From Octopus sinensis (Eukaryota), in NCBI RefSeq assembly GCF_006345805.1, contig NW_021834170.1, positions 1 through 51,325 of the forward strand: a DNA stretch of 51,325 nt. The letters run 5' to 3'. Below, piece by piece: positions 1 to 11,631 of this stretch. A model generated the notes under the pieces. That model made no database searches. It was not told where the DNA came from and saw nothing but the letters and a program-made list of their open reading frames with translations. The position numbers and the translations under genes were made by a program. Position 1 is the first letter of the stretch. Each line of letters begins with the position of its first letter.

Positions 1-8
1 CTTTTCCC

Positions 9-39
<31 letters not shown>

Positions 40-534
40 ACCATCTCTACCCTCTCTCTCTATGTATTGCTCAAAGTTTTTGAATGAAAATCTGGTTATT
101 GTTAATATGTTGCTGTTGGATAATCGTTTGAGCAGTTGGAGGTTTATGGTCAACAGATGGCTTAACATGCTAAGCAAATTGATTAACTCTGGTACTGGAG
201 AACTGAGACATCATATGAACAACAAATGTGGCTGGTAGAGATGTTATTGCTGTTACTGTTTTTTTTTTGGTGGGGATAGAAGTGATGCAGTCTGAAAAGG
301 ATGTTGTGATGTTCATTCTATGCCCTTCTCTCATGGAAATTAAAGTTGTTAGAAAATTGTTCATAAGTAAAGGAATTTCCAATTAGGAACTGAAACGAGC
401 CTGGGAGATACGTTTTTCTAAGAGAGTATCTTTACTGAAACACCATCCATGTGGTTAACTTAATCTGCAAGAAATAACAAGCAAATCTCCCTCAAACCAC
501 CTCTTTCTATCTTCATAAAGAAGGGAATCATTAG

Positions 535-600
535 CAGGGCTGTCTTAGCAGCATTTATAAGCCAGTTGGCAGTTCAAGACACTGGGCCCTGTAGCATATT
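535..600 (+). mobile_element. hAT-type TIR fragment
   Basis: CAGGGCTGTCTTAGCAGC start; a reverse-complement counterpart (GCTGTTAAGATGGCCCTG) ends at 43140; no paired end nearby. Confidence 0.3.
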
Positions 601-659
601 TTCAGCAAGCCACAACATATATATGCACACATCATCATCATCATCCCCACCACCACCAC

Positions 660-746
<87 letters not shown>

Positions 747-796
747 TACACACCACATTATACATAAATATATGTGTACATATGTGTATCTTAGAG

Positions 797-1010
797 TCTG
801 TGTTTCTCACCTCTCCCCCTGACCCTGCTTGACAACTGTTGTTGGTTTGTTTACATCCCAATTCCTTAGCCATTTGGCAAAAAGCCTGATAAAATAAATT
901 CCAGATTTAAAAAGAAAACAAAACAAAATATAAGTACAAGAAGTTCATTTGTTTGATTAAGGTGGTGCTCCAGTATGGCTGCAGTCCAGTGACTGAAAAA
1001 CACAAAAGAG
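797..1010 (+). mobile_element. SINE F3, 3' half
   Basis: Matches the 3' half of the F3 copy at 33272-33674 (GCTTGACAAC...GGTGGTGCTCCAG..TGACTGAAA). Confidence 0.8.
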
Positions 1011-1345
1011 CAGAACTAGTCACACCAAATTTTGCTCCTGAACTAAGTAATGGGTTTGTTTTCTTATCAAAAATCTGTTAAGCAGATTTCTATAAGGAGA
1101 AGAAGGTATTGGCAAAACTAGGATATGCCAAGCCGAAAGGAGTTGAGGGCCAATTTGTTTGTGACTTTTTTTATTTATTTATTTATTGTTTGTTTCTTTT
1201 ACTGGAAAGTGGGGAAAATTAGGTTTCAATGGGAAATATTTAATTTCAGGATTTTCTAATTTTGTTCTTCATCATGGTTTAGTGATCTTTGCCAGCTGTG
1301 TGTAATCATTCTGTGGGACAGGAATAGCGTTAGAACTTAACTGTA

Positions 1346-1464
1346 ATGTACACAGCCACACACACACACACACACACATACACACACATACACACACACA
1401 CGTACATGTATACACACACAATACACTCACACTTACACATGCAAATATACAAACATACATACAA

Positions 1465-1496
<32 letters not shown>

Positions 1497-1525
1497 ATAT
1501 ATATATCTATATTATAAATATATAC

Positions 1526-1557
<32 letters not shown>

Positions 1558-1640
1558 ATTATAATATATATACTTTATATATATACATATATATATACAC
1601 ACACATAATATATATATATATATATATATATACATACATG

Positions 1641-1692
<52 letters not shown>

Positions 1693-1770
1693 AAAGAGTA
1701 AAAAAAGAGTAAAAAAAAAAGTGAAAAAAGAGTATATATATATGATGATGATGATATATATGTATATATA
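1346..1770. repeat. (CA)n/(TA)n compound microsatellite
   Basis: Direct reading. Confidence 0.95.
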
Positions 1771-1989
1771 GTTTACTGTTCTGTTATAGGTAGGAGTAAC
1801 AAATAAAGTACTGCCTTCAGTGAAAGATGAATATCATACAATACATACAGTATTTAAATAAGACGTATTGATAGTTTCATGCCATGGAAACACAATAGCT
1901 CAGCAGATTCATTCAATGTGCCTTGTGTCTCCAAGCAATCTTTCAGGCTCAGTATACATGGTTAGTCCATGTGTATATTAAATTATATA

Positions 1990-2209
1990 TATGAGGTGGC
2001 GTTGAAAAGTTCTTGGGTTTAAAAGCATTATGAAAGACCTGACTGGAGGCCTAAACTTTCAAGTTCTTTTACAGGGCTTAGAAAAACTGAAGGGCCGCTG
2101 CAATAAGTGTGTGGATCTGAGAGTGGAATATGTTGGATAAAATCATAATTAACTGATCCTCCTGTATTTTCTTTTACCCAAACCAGAAACTTTTCAGCAC
2201 CTCCTTTTA
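1990..2209 (+). mobile_element. mariner-derived MITE (~220 bp)
   Basis: TIRs GAGGTGGCGTTGAAAAGTTC / GAAACTTTTCAGCACCTCC with TA flanks; interior encodes LQGLEKLKGRCNKCVDLRVEYVG*, like a mariner transposase C-terminus; second copy at 39536-39743. Confidence 0.85.
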
Positions 2210-2239
2210 TGCTGCTGCTGCTGCTGCTGATGATGATGA

Positions 2240-3172
2240 TCATCATCATCATCATCGTCATCATCATCATCATTTAACCTCTGTTGTTCATGCTGATGGT
2301 TTGAACAGGGCTGGTAAGCTGGAAGGCTGCACCAGGATTCCAATCTGATTTGGCATGGTTTTTATGGCTGGATGCCCTTCCTAATGCCAACCACTCTGAG
2401 GGTGTAATTGGTGCTTTTATGTTCCACTGGCACGTGTGCCATTTGTGTGACACCAGTATCTGCCATGACTGTGATTTTGATTGGATTGATAGGTCTTCTT
2501 CTCAAGCATAACATAATGCCAAAGGTTTTGGTCATTGCCTCTGTGAGGCCCAACACTCAAAAGGCACTCAGCCACTTTGCCTCCCTGAAGCTCAACACTC
2601 AAAAGGAACTCAGTTACTTTGCCTCCATGTGGCTCAACACTCAAAAGATGCTCTTTATGTGCCCCCAGCATGAGTGCCAGTTATGTGACACCAGCATCAG
2701 CTATGACTATGATTTCACTTGGCTTGATGGGTTTTCTCAAGCACAACATATTGCCAAAGGTTTCGGTCACTAGTCATTGCCTTTGTGAGGCTCAAAGTTC
2801 GAAGATCATGCTTCACCACTTTGTCCCATGTCTTCCTGGGTCTACCTCTACCACAGGTTTCCTCCACAGTTAGAGATCAGCACTTCTTTACATGCATCAC
2901 ATGGCCATACCAGTGCAGTTCTCTCTCTTGCACACCACATCTGATGCCTTCTGCCTAACTTTTTTCCAAGATGCTGACCCTATCAAACATGCACACTGAC
3001 ATTGCACACCCAGTGAAGCATACCGGCTTCATTTCTTTCAAGCCTATGCACGTCCTCGGCTGTCACAGCTCATGTTTCACTGCCTTGTAGCATAGCTGTT
3101 TGCACACAGGCATCATACAATCTGCCTTTCACTCTGAGAGAGAGGCTCTTTGTTGCCAGCAGAGGAAGGAGC
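2240..3172 (-). mobile_element. RTE-clade LINE (family A), 5'-truncated: ORF2 3' end, 3'UTR and (GAT)n tail
   Basis: Disrupted translation LLPLLATKSLSLRVKGRLYDACVQTAMLQGSET*..ERNEAGMLHWVCNVSV..GIRCGVQER..HWYGHV..GRGRPRKTWDKVVKHDLR is typical of an RTE ORF2 C-terminus. Confidence 0.9.
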
Positions 3173-3492
3173 TGGCGGCACATAAAAAGTACCATCCGAA
3201 TGTGGCTGTTGCCAGTACATGCCTGACTGGCCGCCCCTGCCAGTGGCCTGAAAAAAAAAATTATCCGAACGTGATCGATGCCAAGCCCGCCTGACTGGCT
3301 CCTGTGCCAGTAGCACATAAAAAGCACTCACTACACCCTTGGAGTGAATGGTTTTAGAAAAGGCATCCAGCTGTAGAAACATTGCCAGATCAGACTGGAG
3401 CCTGGTGCAGCCACTGGCTCTTCTAGACCTTAGTCAAACCGTCCAACTTATGCCAGCATGGAAAACGGACATCAAACGATGATGATGATGAT
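3173..3492 (+). mobile_element. RTE family A 3'UTR fragment
   Basis: GGCACATAAAAAG..AAGGCATCCAGCTGTAGAAAC..CATGGAAAACGGAC..(GAT)n. Confidence 0.85.
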
Positions 3493-3530
3493 CAATGAAA
3501 TATGATTTACACCTTGAGAAAGAAGCGGAG

Positions 3531-3563
3531 CCTAGCTTTCTGGATGTGTTTCCTTCTTCAGGG
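3531..3563 (-). ncRNA. minimal type-I hammerhead ribozyme-like motif
   Basis: Minus strand: CC-CTGAAGA-AGGA aacaca TCCA-GAAA-GC-TA-GG; core boxes intact, helices very short. Confidence 0.5.
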
Positions 3564-4033
3564 AGAGAAAAGAAGTAAAAGTTTTATTACTAGGATGTGT
3601 ATAACTAAATGTATCCTTCATGTTTTAAGATGGTGGGGTACAATTTGAGGCAGATTTAGCTGCTGTTTTTAGCAGCCTGATTGGCTCTATACAAACTTCC
3701 TCTTGTGTCTCCCAAAATATAACCTTGCCTGTTTCAGTTTGTTTGACTGACAAATGTGAAACTCCGCCCAAGTGTCACGGTCGACTGAATCACGGTAGGG
3801 AATGCATCCAGTTGTAAAGACCTCTGCTCCACACAAAAAAATTTAAAAAATGCAAAATAACATGGGAAAAGTATTTGTAAAAAAACTGCGAGAGGGAACA
3901 AAATTGAAAACATATCCATCATCAATGTGATAGGATTTAGAAAATCGAAGATTGGACCCTGTTTACCTCAAAATGTTAGGGTGTAAGCTATCATTAGAAT
4001 GGTATCATAGCATGTTATGATATTGCCAGAGTG

Positions 4034-4081
<48 letters not shown>

Positions 4082-4097
4082 TGTGTGTCATGAGATG

Positions 4098-4905
4098 TGA
4101 GTGTGTGAGTATGTGAGGGAGAGAGAGAGAGAGAAGGAGAAAGAAAGAGACTATGTGTGTGTGAATGTGCTTGTGTGTGTGTGAGTATGTGAGGGAGAGA
4201 GAGAGAGGAAGGAGAAAGAAAGAGACTATGTGTGTGTGAATGTGCTTGTGTGTGTGTGAGTATGTGAGGGAGAGAGAGAGAGAGAAGGAGAAAGAAAGAG
4301 ACTATGTGTGTGTGAATGTGCTTGTGTGTGTGTGAGTATGTGAGGGAGAGAGAGAGAGGGAAGGAGAAAGAAAGAGACTATGTGTGTGTGAATGTGCTTG
4401 TGTGTGTGTGAGTATGTGAGGGAGAGAGAGAGAGAAGGAGAAAGAAAGAGACTATGTGTGTGTGAATGTGCTTGTGTGTGTGTGAGTATGTGAGGGAGAG
4501 AGAGGGAAGGAGAAAGAAAGAGACTATGTGTGTGTGAATGTGCTTGTGTGTGTGTGAGTATGTGAGGGAGAGAGAGAGGGAAGGAGAAAGAAAGAGACTA
4601 TGTGTGTGTGAATGTGCTTGTGTGTGTGTGAGTATTGAGGAGAGAGAGAGAGGGAGAAGGAGAAAGAAAGAGACTATGTGTGTGTGAATGTGCTTGTGTG
4701 TGTGTGAGTATGTGAGGGAGAGAGAGAGAGGGAAGGAGAAAGAAAGAGACTATGTGTGTGTGAATGTGCTTGTGTGTGTGTGAGTATGTGAGGGAGAGAG
4801 AGAGAGGGAAGGAGAAAGAAAGACTAGTGTGTGTGAATGTGCTTGTTTGTGTGTGAGTATGTGAGGGAGAGAGAGAGGGAGAAGGAGAAAGAAAGAGACT
4901 ATGTG
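4098..4905. repeat. ~58-60-bp composite minisatellite, ~13 copies
   Basis: Unit GAGTATGTGAGG(GA)n..AAGGAGAAAGAAAGAGACTAT(GT)n GAATGTGCTT(GT)n. Confidence 0.95.
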
Positions 4906-4969
4906 TGTGAGTGTGTGTTTATATCTTTGTGAATCACTTTTGTAACTTAGCATGCATAAATGCTCATTC

Positions 4970-5073
4970 AAGTGTGTGTGTGTGTGTGTTTATATGTTAA
5001 TGTGCTTGTGTGTGTGTGTGTATGTGCACAAGCACATACATTATATATATATATATAATATATATAATATATA

Positions 5074-5153
<80 letters not shown>

Positions 5154-5420
5154 CACACACTTATTCATGTGTGCATGAATGCATGTGCGTGTGTATGTTT
5201 CTGTGTATATATGTTGTGTGTGTGTGTGTATATATATATATATACACACACACTTATTCATGTGTAAGTGTGAATTTGCATGTGTGTATGTGGGTGCATG
5301 TGTGCATGCATGCATGCATGTGTAAGTGTATGTTTCTGTGTATATGCATACATATATATTCATTCATGTGTAAGGGTGAATCTGCACATGTGTGTGTATG
5401 TGTGTGTGTGGGTGTGTGTA
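4970..5420. repeat. (GT)n/(TA)n compound microsatellite
   Basis: Direct reading. Confidence 0.9.
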
Positions 5421-5649
5421 TAAAAGGGAAAACATTAATCATTAGTTGTCAATTCATCACTAACTGGTGTGGCTGCCCCACTTACTACCCTAGTGTTATA
5501 CGGGAAGATGGTGAGGTGTAATCAATGGCACAGAACAGAATTATACCTGATTTCTCTTGGAGCAATAATTATTGCTAGTTTAGCAAATATTTCATGGTGG
5601 ACGCCCACACTCACATCTATATACAGATATATATACATACATACATATA

Positions 5650-5701
<52 letters not shown>

Positions 5702-5767
5702 ATATATATATACATATACACATATATATATATATATATATATTATATAGTATAGATATATATATAT

Positions 5768-6070
5768 GGAGGCGCAATGGCCCAGTGGTTAGGGCAGCGG
5801 ACTCGCAGTCGTAGGATCACGGTTTCGATTCCCAGACCGGGCATTGTGTGTGTTTATTGAGCGAAAACACCTAAAAGCTCCACGAGGCTCCGGCAGGGGG
5901 TGGTGGTCCCTGCTGTACTCTTTCACCACTCTTTCTCTCTCTCTTTCTTCTGTTGGCCTGCTCGCTTAGCCAGCGAGGTGGCGTCATTCGAAGGCTAAAA
6001 CAATGCGAACGCATTGTGACCAGCGATGTGTAAAACATCTGATGATCTGGTCGGTCACGTGATCACGTGA
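5768..6070 (+). mobile_element. tRNA-derived SINE F1, tail type B
   Basis: Head GGAGGCGCAATGGCCCAGTGGTTAGGG (A box)..GGTTTCGATTCCC (B box); ends GGTCACGTGATCACGTGA; (TA)n on both sides. Confidence 0.9.
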
Positions 6071-6160
6071 TATATATATATATATATATATAAGAATTTT
6101 TTGCATAATAAGATAAAAAAACCAAGGCTGTATAGATGTTAGAGCATTTATAGATAGAAG

Positions 6161-6212
6161 GTCTTACAGCTGCTTCTAGGATATTAATTAATAATCTCCC
6201 TTCATCGGAGAC
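6161..6212 (-). ncRNA. degenerate hammerhead ribozyme motif (Penelope-like remnant)
   Basis: Minus strand: GTCT-CcGATGA-AGGGA..TCCTA-GAAg-CAGCTG-TA-AGAC; helix I GTCT/AGAC; two core substitutions. Confidence 0.6.
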
Positions 6213-6569
6213 GGTGTGAGAGGAAAAATTAAGTCATAGTTAGTTTTGATGTAATACAAATAGAGAGTGAGGTGGTGGAATGAAAATAGATGTAAGATAT
6301 GTGTGGCTACTGAATTTGTAAATCCGTTTTATAGGCATAATGGTATATATGCAATAATCATCACTACCACCATCATCATCTTCTAATGTAGGAGAGAAAC
6401 AGCATAAAAGAGAGGACACCTCAAAACCTCTTTCTTTCTTTGTCTAACAGTGATACCAGTAGCTTGATCCCTTTAAAATGTTGAGCACATAAATATAGAC
6501 ACAAAACTCATACTCACTTGCATACTTATTATATATGATATATAGATATATGCACACACACACATTTTT

Positions 6570-6884
6570 TTGTCTTGCAAGTACTTGGTGACCCTGACAG
6601 TGCAGGTGCCACTTAAAAACACCCAGTCCACTCTGTTGAGTGGTTGGTGTTTGGAAGGGCATCCAGTTGCAAAACCTTTGCCAAAACTGACTACACCTGC
6701 ACTTGTGCGGCATAAAAAGCACTAAGTCCACTCTGCTGTATGGTTGGTGTAAGGAAGAGCACTCAACTGTAAAAATCTTGCCAAAACAATCACAGAAGCT
6801 TCAGACTGGCTGGCTCTTGTGGAATTGAACCACCCATGCTAGCATGGAAGACGGATATTAAACGATGATGATGATGATGATGAT
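6570..6884 (+). mobile_element. RTE family A 3'UTR fragment
   Basis: UTR motifs with an internal duplication and a (GAT)n tail. Confidence 0.8.
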
Positions 6885-6973
6885 GGTGTGTGTGTGTTTG
6901 TGCGAACACATACATTTATATATGTATACATATATAGGCACACATACATGCACATACACTTGTGCACATGCAT

Positions 6974-7012
<39 letters not shown>

Positions 7013-7029
7013 ATACACGCACACATTTA

Positions 7030-7360
7030 AAAGCACCTTTCGAGTGTTGGGTCACATGGATGCAATGACAAATAACTGAGACCTTCTGCAATATGCCGGG
7101 GCTTGAGTGGAAGACTCATCAAGCCAAGTGAAATTGTAGTCATGGCAAATACTGGTGTCTTGCAAATGGCACCCGTGCCAGCGGCATGTAAAAAGCACCC
7201 ATTACGCTCTTGGAGTGGTTGGCATTAGGAAGAACATCCAGCCATAGATACCATGCTAAATAAAACTGGGGTCTGGTGCAACCCCTCAGCTTGCCAGTCC
7301 TGGTCAAACCATCCAACCCATTCCAGCATGGACAATGGACGTTAAATGATGATGATGATG
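7030..7360 (+). mobile_element. RTE family A 3' end fragment
   Basis: GAAGACTCATCAAGCCAAGTGAA (ORF end), UTR and (GAT)n; a short extra tail at ~7500-7590. Confidence 0.8.
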
Positions 7361-8059
7361 AGGAGGAGGAGGAGGAGGATGATGATGATAATGATGATGA
7401 TATATATATATATCATCATCATCGTGGATGTTAAACAATAATGACGATGATGATATATATATATAATACATACACACACACACACACACATACACATATA
7501 TGGTTGGCCGGCTCCTGTCAAAATGTCCAGCCCATACCACCATGGAAAATGGACATTAAATGATGTTGATGATGATGACAATGATGACGACAACGACATA
7601 TCATACATGCACACCGCATATATATGCATTACAAATACATGCATTCACTTCACACTGCTCATGTGCACATATTCAGTATTCAATACTCTAGACACACACA
7701 CACACACACAACATATACCACACATACATACATATATAATTACATACGTACAAACACTTTACTCACAATACACATCTCACTCATACATCTCCACAAAGCA
7801 CACACATGCAGACACACCCACTTGCTACAAAACAACAACAAAAAGAAAATAGGTTTGCAATTGTAACATTATGTCAGTCATATTTTTCAGTGCTGGTGCA
7901 ATCATGCGCTACATGGTATTTTCTGCATTTGCTGCACTAATGATGACATTAGCTGAAAGTAATGGTCAAATATGCAGTTTCACTCGACACCAGCTGCAAG
8001 TGGCAGTTTAGCTAATTGTCCAATAAATGTTCTACTTGTCTCCATGGGTCATTGCGGAG

Positions 8060-8460
8060 AGGGAGAGAAGGGAGAGAGGGAGAGTGGGGGAGAGAAAAAG
8101 AGAGAGATAGAGAGAGGGAGAGACAGAGAGAGAAAGAGAGAGAGAGAGAGAAAGAAAGAGAGGGAGAGAGATAGAGAAAGGCAAAGACCAAGAGAGGCAG
8201 AAATTGAGAGAGAAAGAGAGAGACAGAAATTGAAAGGGAAAGAGAGAGACAGAAATTGAGAGAGAAAGAGAGAGACAGAAATTGAAAGGGAAAGAGAGAG
8301 ACAGAAATTGAAAGGGAAAGAGAGAGATAAACAGACAGTGACAGAGAGAGAAAGAAAGATATGGAGAGGGAGAGAGAGTGAGAGAGAGAGACAGACAAAC
8401 AAAAAGAGAGAGAAAGGGAGAGAGAGAGAAAGAGTGGGGGAGAGAGAGAGAGAGAACGAT
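8060..8460. repeat. GA-rich microsatellite with ~24-bp subunits
   Basis: GAGACAGAAATTGA repeated within (GA)n. Confidence 0.9.
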
Positions 8461-8464
8461 AGAG

Positions 8465-9530
8465 ATGGTGGTAAGCAGTTGTGGTGATGGTGGTGGTGTT
8501 AGTGGTGATATTATTGGGGTTATTATTTAAAGTGTTGGTGGTAGTACTTATGTAGTGACGAAAGTATTGGTGTTAGTAAAAGCAGTGGTGGAGGAGTAGC
8601 ATGGTATAGATGGAAGTGCTAGATAGTAGCAAAATCTGTGGTAGTACTTTCTGGTGGTGACATGTGGAAGAGGGTTGTGGTATAGGTGATAGTACTGGAT
8701 GATGGTGGCAAATATATTTAAGTAGCGATAGTAGTGCTGATGGTTGTGGTTGTTGTGGTGGTAGTGGTGTTCGTGGTGGTGTTCGTGGTGGTAGTGGTGT
8801 TGGTGGTAGTGGTGTTGGTGGTCACAATATTAGTGACAATACTGGATAGTGATGGTATTGGTGCTAGTAAATTGCAGTAGTGCTGGACAGTGGTGGGAGC
8901 AATACTTATGTGGTAGTGGCAGTCCTAATGGTGGTAGTTATGGTATTGGTGATAGTACTAGGTGGTGTATGGTGTGGTGTGGTATGGGTGGGGTGGAATT
9001 GATGGTGATGGTATTATTTTCGGCAGTTGTTATGGTGATGCTTGAGTGGTAGTGTTGGCATTGTTGTAGCTGTGGTAACGAGTTTGTTGACGTCGATACT
9101 GTTGATGATGATGATGATGTCTGTAGAGATAGCATCGACTCGTAGTGGCATTGTGTTGGTGGTGGTAGTGGTGGTGGTGACGATGGCTGTTGTAGTAGTT
9201 GTGATGGTGGTAATAGTTGTGGTGGTTTGGTGTTGTTGTTGTTGTTTTTGGTGGTGGTGATGGTGGCAGTAGTGGTGATTGTGGTGGTGGTGGTAATGAT
9301 AGTAATAATGGTGATGGTAGTAGTAGCAGTGATAATGGTGATGGTGGTGGTAGTTGTAGTGGTGGTGACAGTAGTAGTGCTAATAGTACTGGTAGTTGTA
9401 GTAGTAGTAGTAGTAGAAGTGATGTTGTGCTAGTGATCTGTCACAAGATGGTGATGAGATGATGATTAGATGATGATGAAAATGATGATAACGATATGAT
9501 GTTGAAGGTGATGATGATGATGATGATGAT
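8465..9530. repeat. degenerate GGT/GTA/GAT low-complexity tract
   Basis: Direct reading. Confidence 0.8.
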
Positions 9531-10204
9531 GATTATAGCTGAGGCGAAATGCTGTGATGGTAGTCGTATGCATGTGTTATTGATTACACAGGAAGTTACG
9601 TGAAAGATATTGATTACTGAGGGACATGCTAATGACCAAGACACAGGAAGGGAAGCATGTAGGCTCAAGTCAGCTCAGGTAGGCTAAGAGAACACAGGTA
9701 AACTGTAGGGGAGTGTTAGTAGGTCGTTAACATTTTGGGGCACACTTGGGCTATAATTTCTGGCTTGCATCTCATTCGTTAATTTACTGCGTTGAGCGAA
9801 AAACCATTGCGCATGAACACACATACATACACACACTCCCACATACATTCACACATGCATGTGTATAAAATGCATATGCACACATTACACAAATCTATTA
9901 CACATGCACATGTCCATGCATATTACACATAAAATGCATATTGCATGCATATGCACATGTCCACACACCCTTTACACAAACATGTGTATATATATATATA
10001 TGTGTGTGTATATACACATTAAACATCTTCGCAAACATATTACACACACTATGTACTGATGCATGCATGCATCCTTTAGCACACATTACATACACACATA
10101 CACAAACACACACATACCTTCACACATACATTACATGTTACATACACATGTACACATCCTCTTCCATTGCACACACTGCATACAAACATCACACAAACAT
10201 ATAT

Positions 10205-10591
10205 GGGGTGGAAGCACTCCGTCGGTTACGACGATGAGGTTTCCGGTTGATCCGAATCAACGGAACAGCCTGCTCGTGAAATTAACGTGTAAGTGGCTGA
10301 GCGCTCCACAGACACGTGTACCCTTAACGTAGTTCTCGGGGATATTCAGCGTGACACAGAGAGTGACAAGGCTGGCCCCTTGAAATACAGGTACAACAGA
10401 AACAGGAAGTAAGAGTGAGAGAAAGTTGTGGTGAAAGAGTACAGCAGGGATCACCACCATCCCCTGCCAGAGCCTCGTGGAGCTTTTAGGTGTTTTCGCT
10501 CAATAAACACTCACAACACCCGGTCTGGAAATCGAAACTGCGATCCTATGACCGCGAGTCCACTGCCCTAACCAGTGGGCGCCTCCACCAC
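10205..10591 (-). mobile_element. SINE F1, tail type A
   Basis: Near-identical to copies at 21762 and 27768; 15-bp TSD CACACAAACATATAT at 10190-10204 and 10592-10606. Confidence 0.92.
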
Positions 10592-10626
10592 CACACAAAC
10601 ATATATATGCATGTGCATGCATTACG

Positions 10627-11521
10627 TATGAGATGGTATCAAAAGGTTACCGGATTAGTGATGTATAATAGAAAATGACTTATTTACCAAAGTTTTATCA
10701 TCATCTTCTTTGAAATAGTCCCCTTGCACAGCAATACTCTGGTGCCACCATTCCTCCACTTTTGAAATCCAGCCTGGAAGTCATTTTCCATAAGCGAGTT
10801 GAGGACCTTCTGCAATTTGCTATGGATTTCAACAATGATGTTAAAACAGTGACCTTTGAATGGCATTTTAATCTTGGGAAATAGATGGAAGTCTGCAGGT
10901 GATAAAATTGGGTGTGGAAGTGATACCATGTTTTTGGTGGGAAATTCACAAGTCAGGAGAGCTACGTGAAGAATCCAATTCTGTGCTCTCCACAGATCTG
11001 GTCACTTTTGCTAAATGTCCTTCCACAATGCTTCAAAACATCACAGTAGAATTCTCAATTGATGGTCTTGCCCTGGGGGACAAATTCTTGATGCTCAATA
11101 CCACATTTCCAGGGGTGACGCTCATGGCAGGTCACCCAGATCTGGAAGCCTGTTTATCGTCTTCAAGGGATGTTCTTCCACTTTAGAACTACCCATGTTA
11201 CTTGAAACATTGAGTGTCACCCATTGCCTCATCTCTGTCAGCTTGCCATAGCATGCTCAATGTCTCTGTACCAGACTTCCCAAGTTTAATGCAAAATTTC
11301 ACATTGGTTCTTTGTTCTTGTTCATGACAAAATTGCAGACTACAGCATACATGTGATCACAAAAATACAAATTTGACAACTTGCAAAGTAAACACAGCAA
11401 TGTCACTTTGGCACACTGCATCATGAAGGTCACTACTAGCTCTCAGTGTGCACGTAACAGTGTGCTGCAGTATGATGGTGCACTACTGAGCTAGTCCGGG
11501 AATTTTTGATACTAACTCATA
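10627..11521 (-). mobile_element. internally deleted mariner element with transposase pseudogene
   Basis: Imperfect ~30-bp TIRs (TATGAGATGGTATCAAAAGGTTACCGGATTAG vs TATGAGTTAGTATCAAAAATTCCCGGACTAG) with TA ends; remnants EQRTNVKFCIKLGKSGTETLSML..SGRTSLEDD, HQEFVPQGKTIN, LSPADFHLFPKIKMPFKG; stops and frameshifts. Confidence 0.92.
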
Positions 11522-11631
11522 TTATGTACACACACATTTTCTCTTCACTCATGCATACATTACATACCAGTATTGTTTACACACATACACACACACAAAA
11601 ATACATATCCTTCCCACTACACAAGTATACA

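Noticed and set aside
170-382. 70 aa ORF
   Set aside because: No recognisable homology, non-ATG start, and it spans a homopolymer run.
5768-5840. tRNA gene
   Set aside because: It is the tRNA-like SINE head continuing into a SINE body, with many copies and no complete acceptor stem or terminator.
6036-6062. hammerhead from CTGATGA in SINE tail B
   Set aside because: No downstream helix II-GAAA; it is part of the LINE-derived 3' stem-loop.
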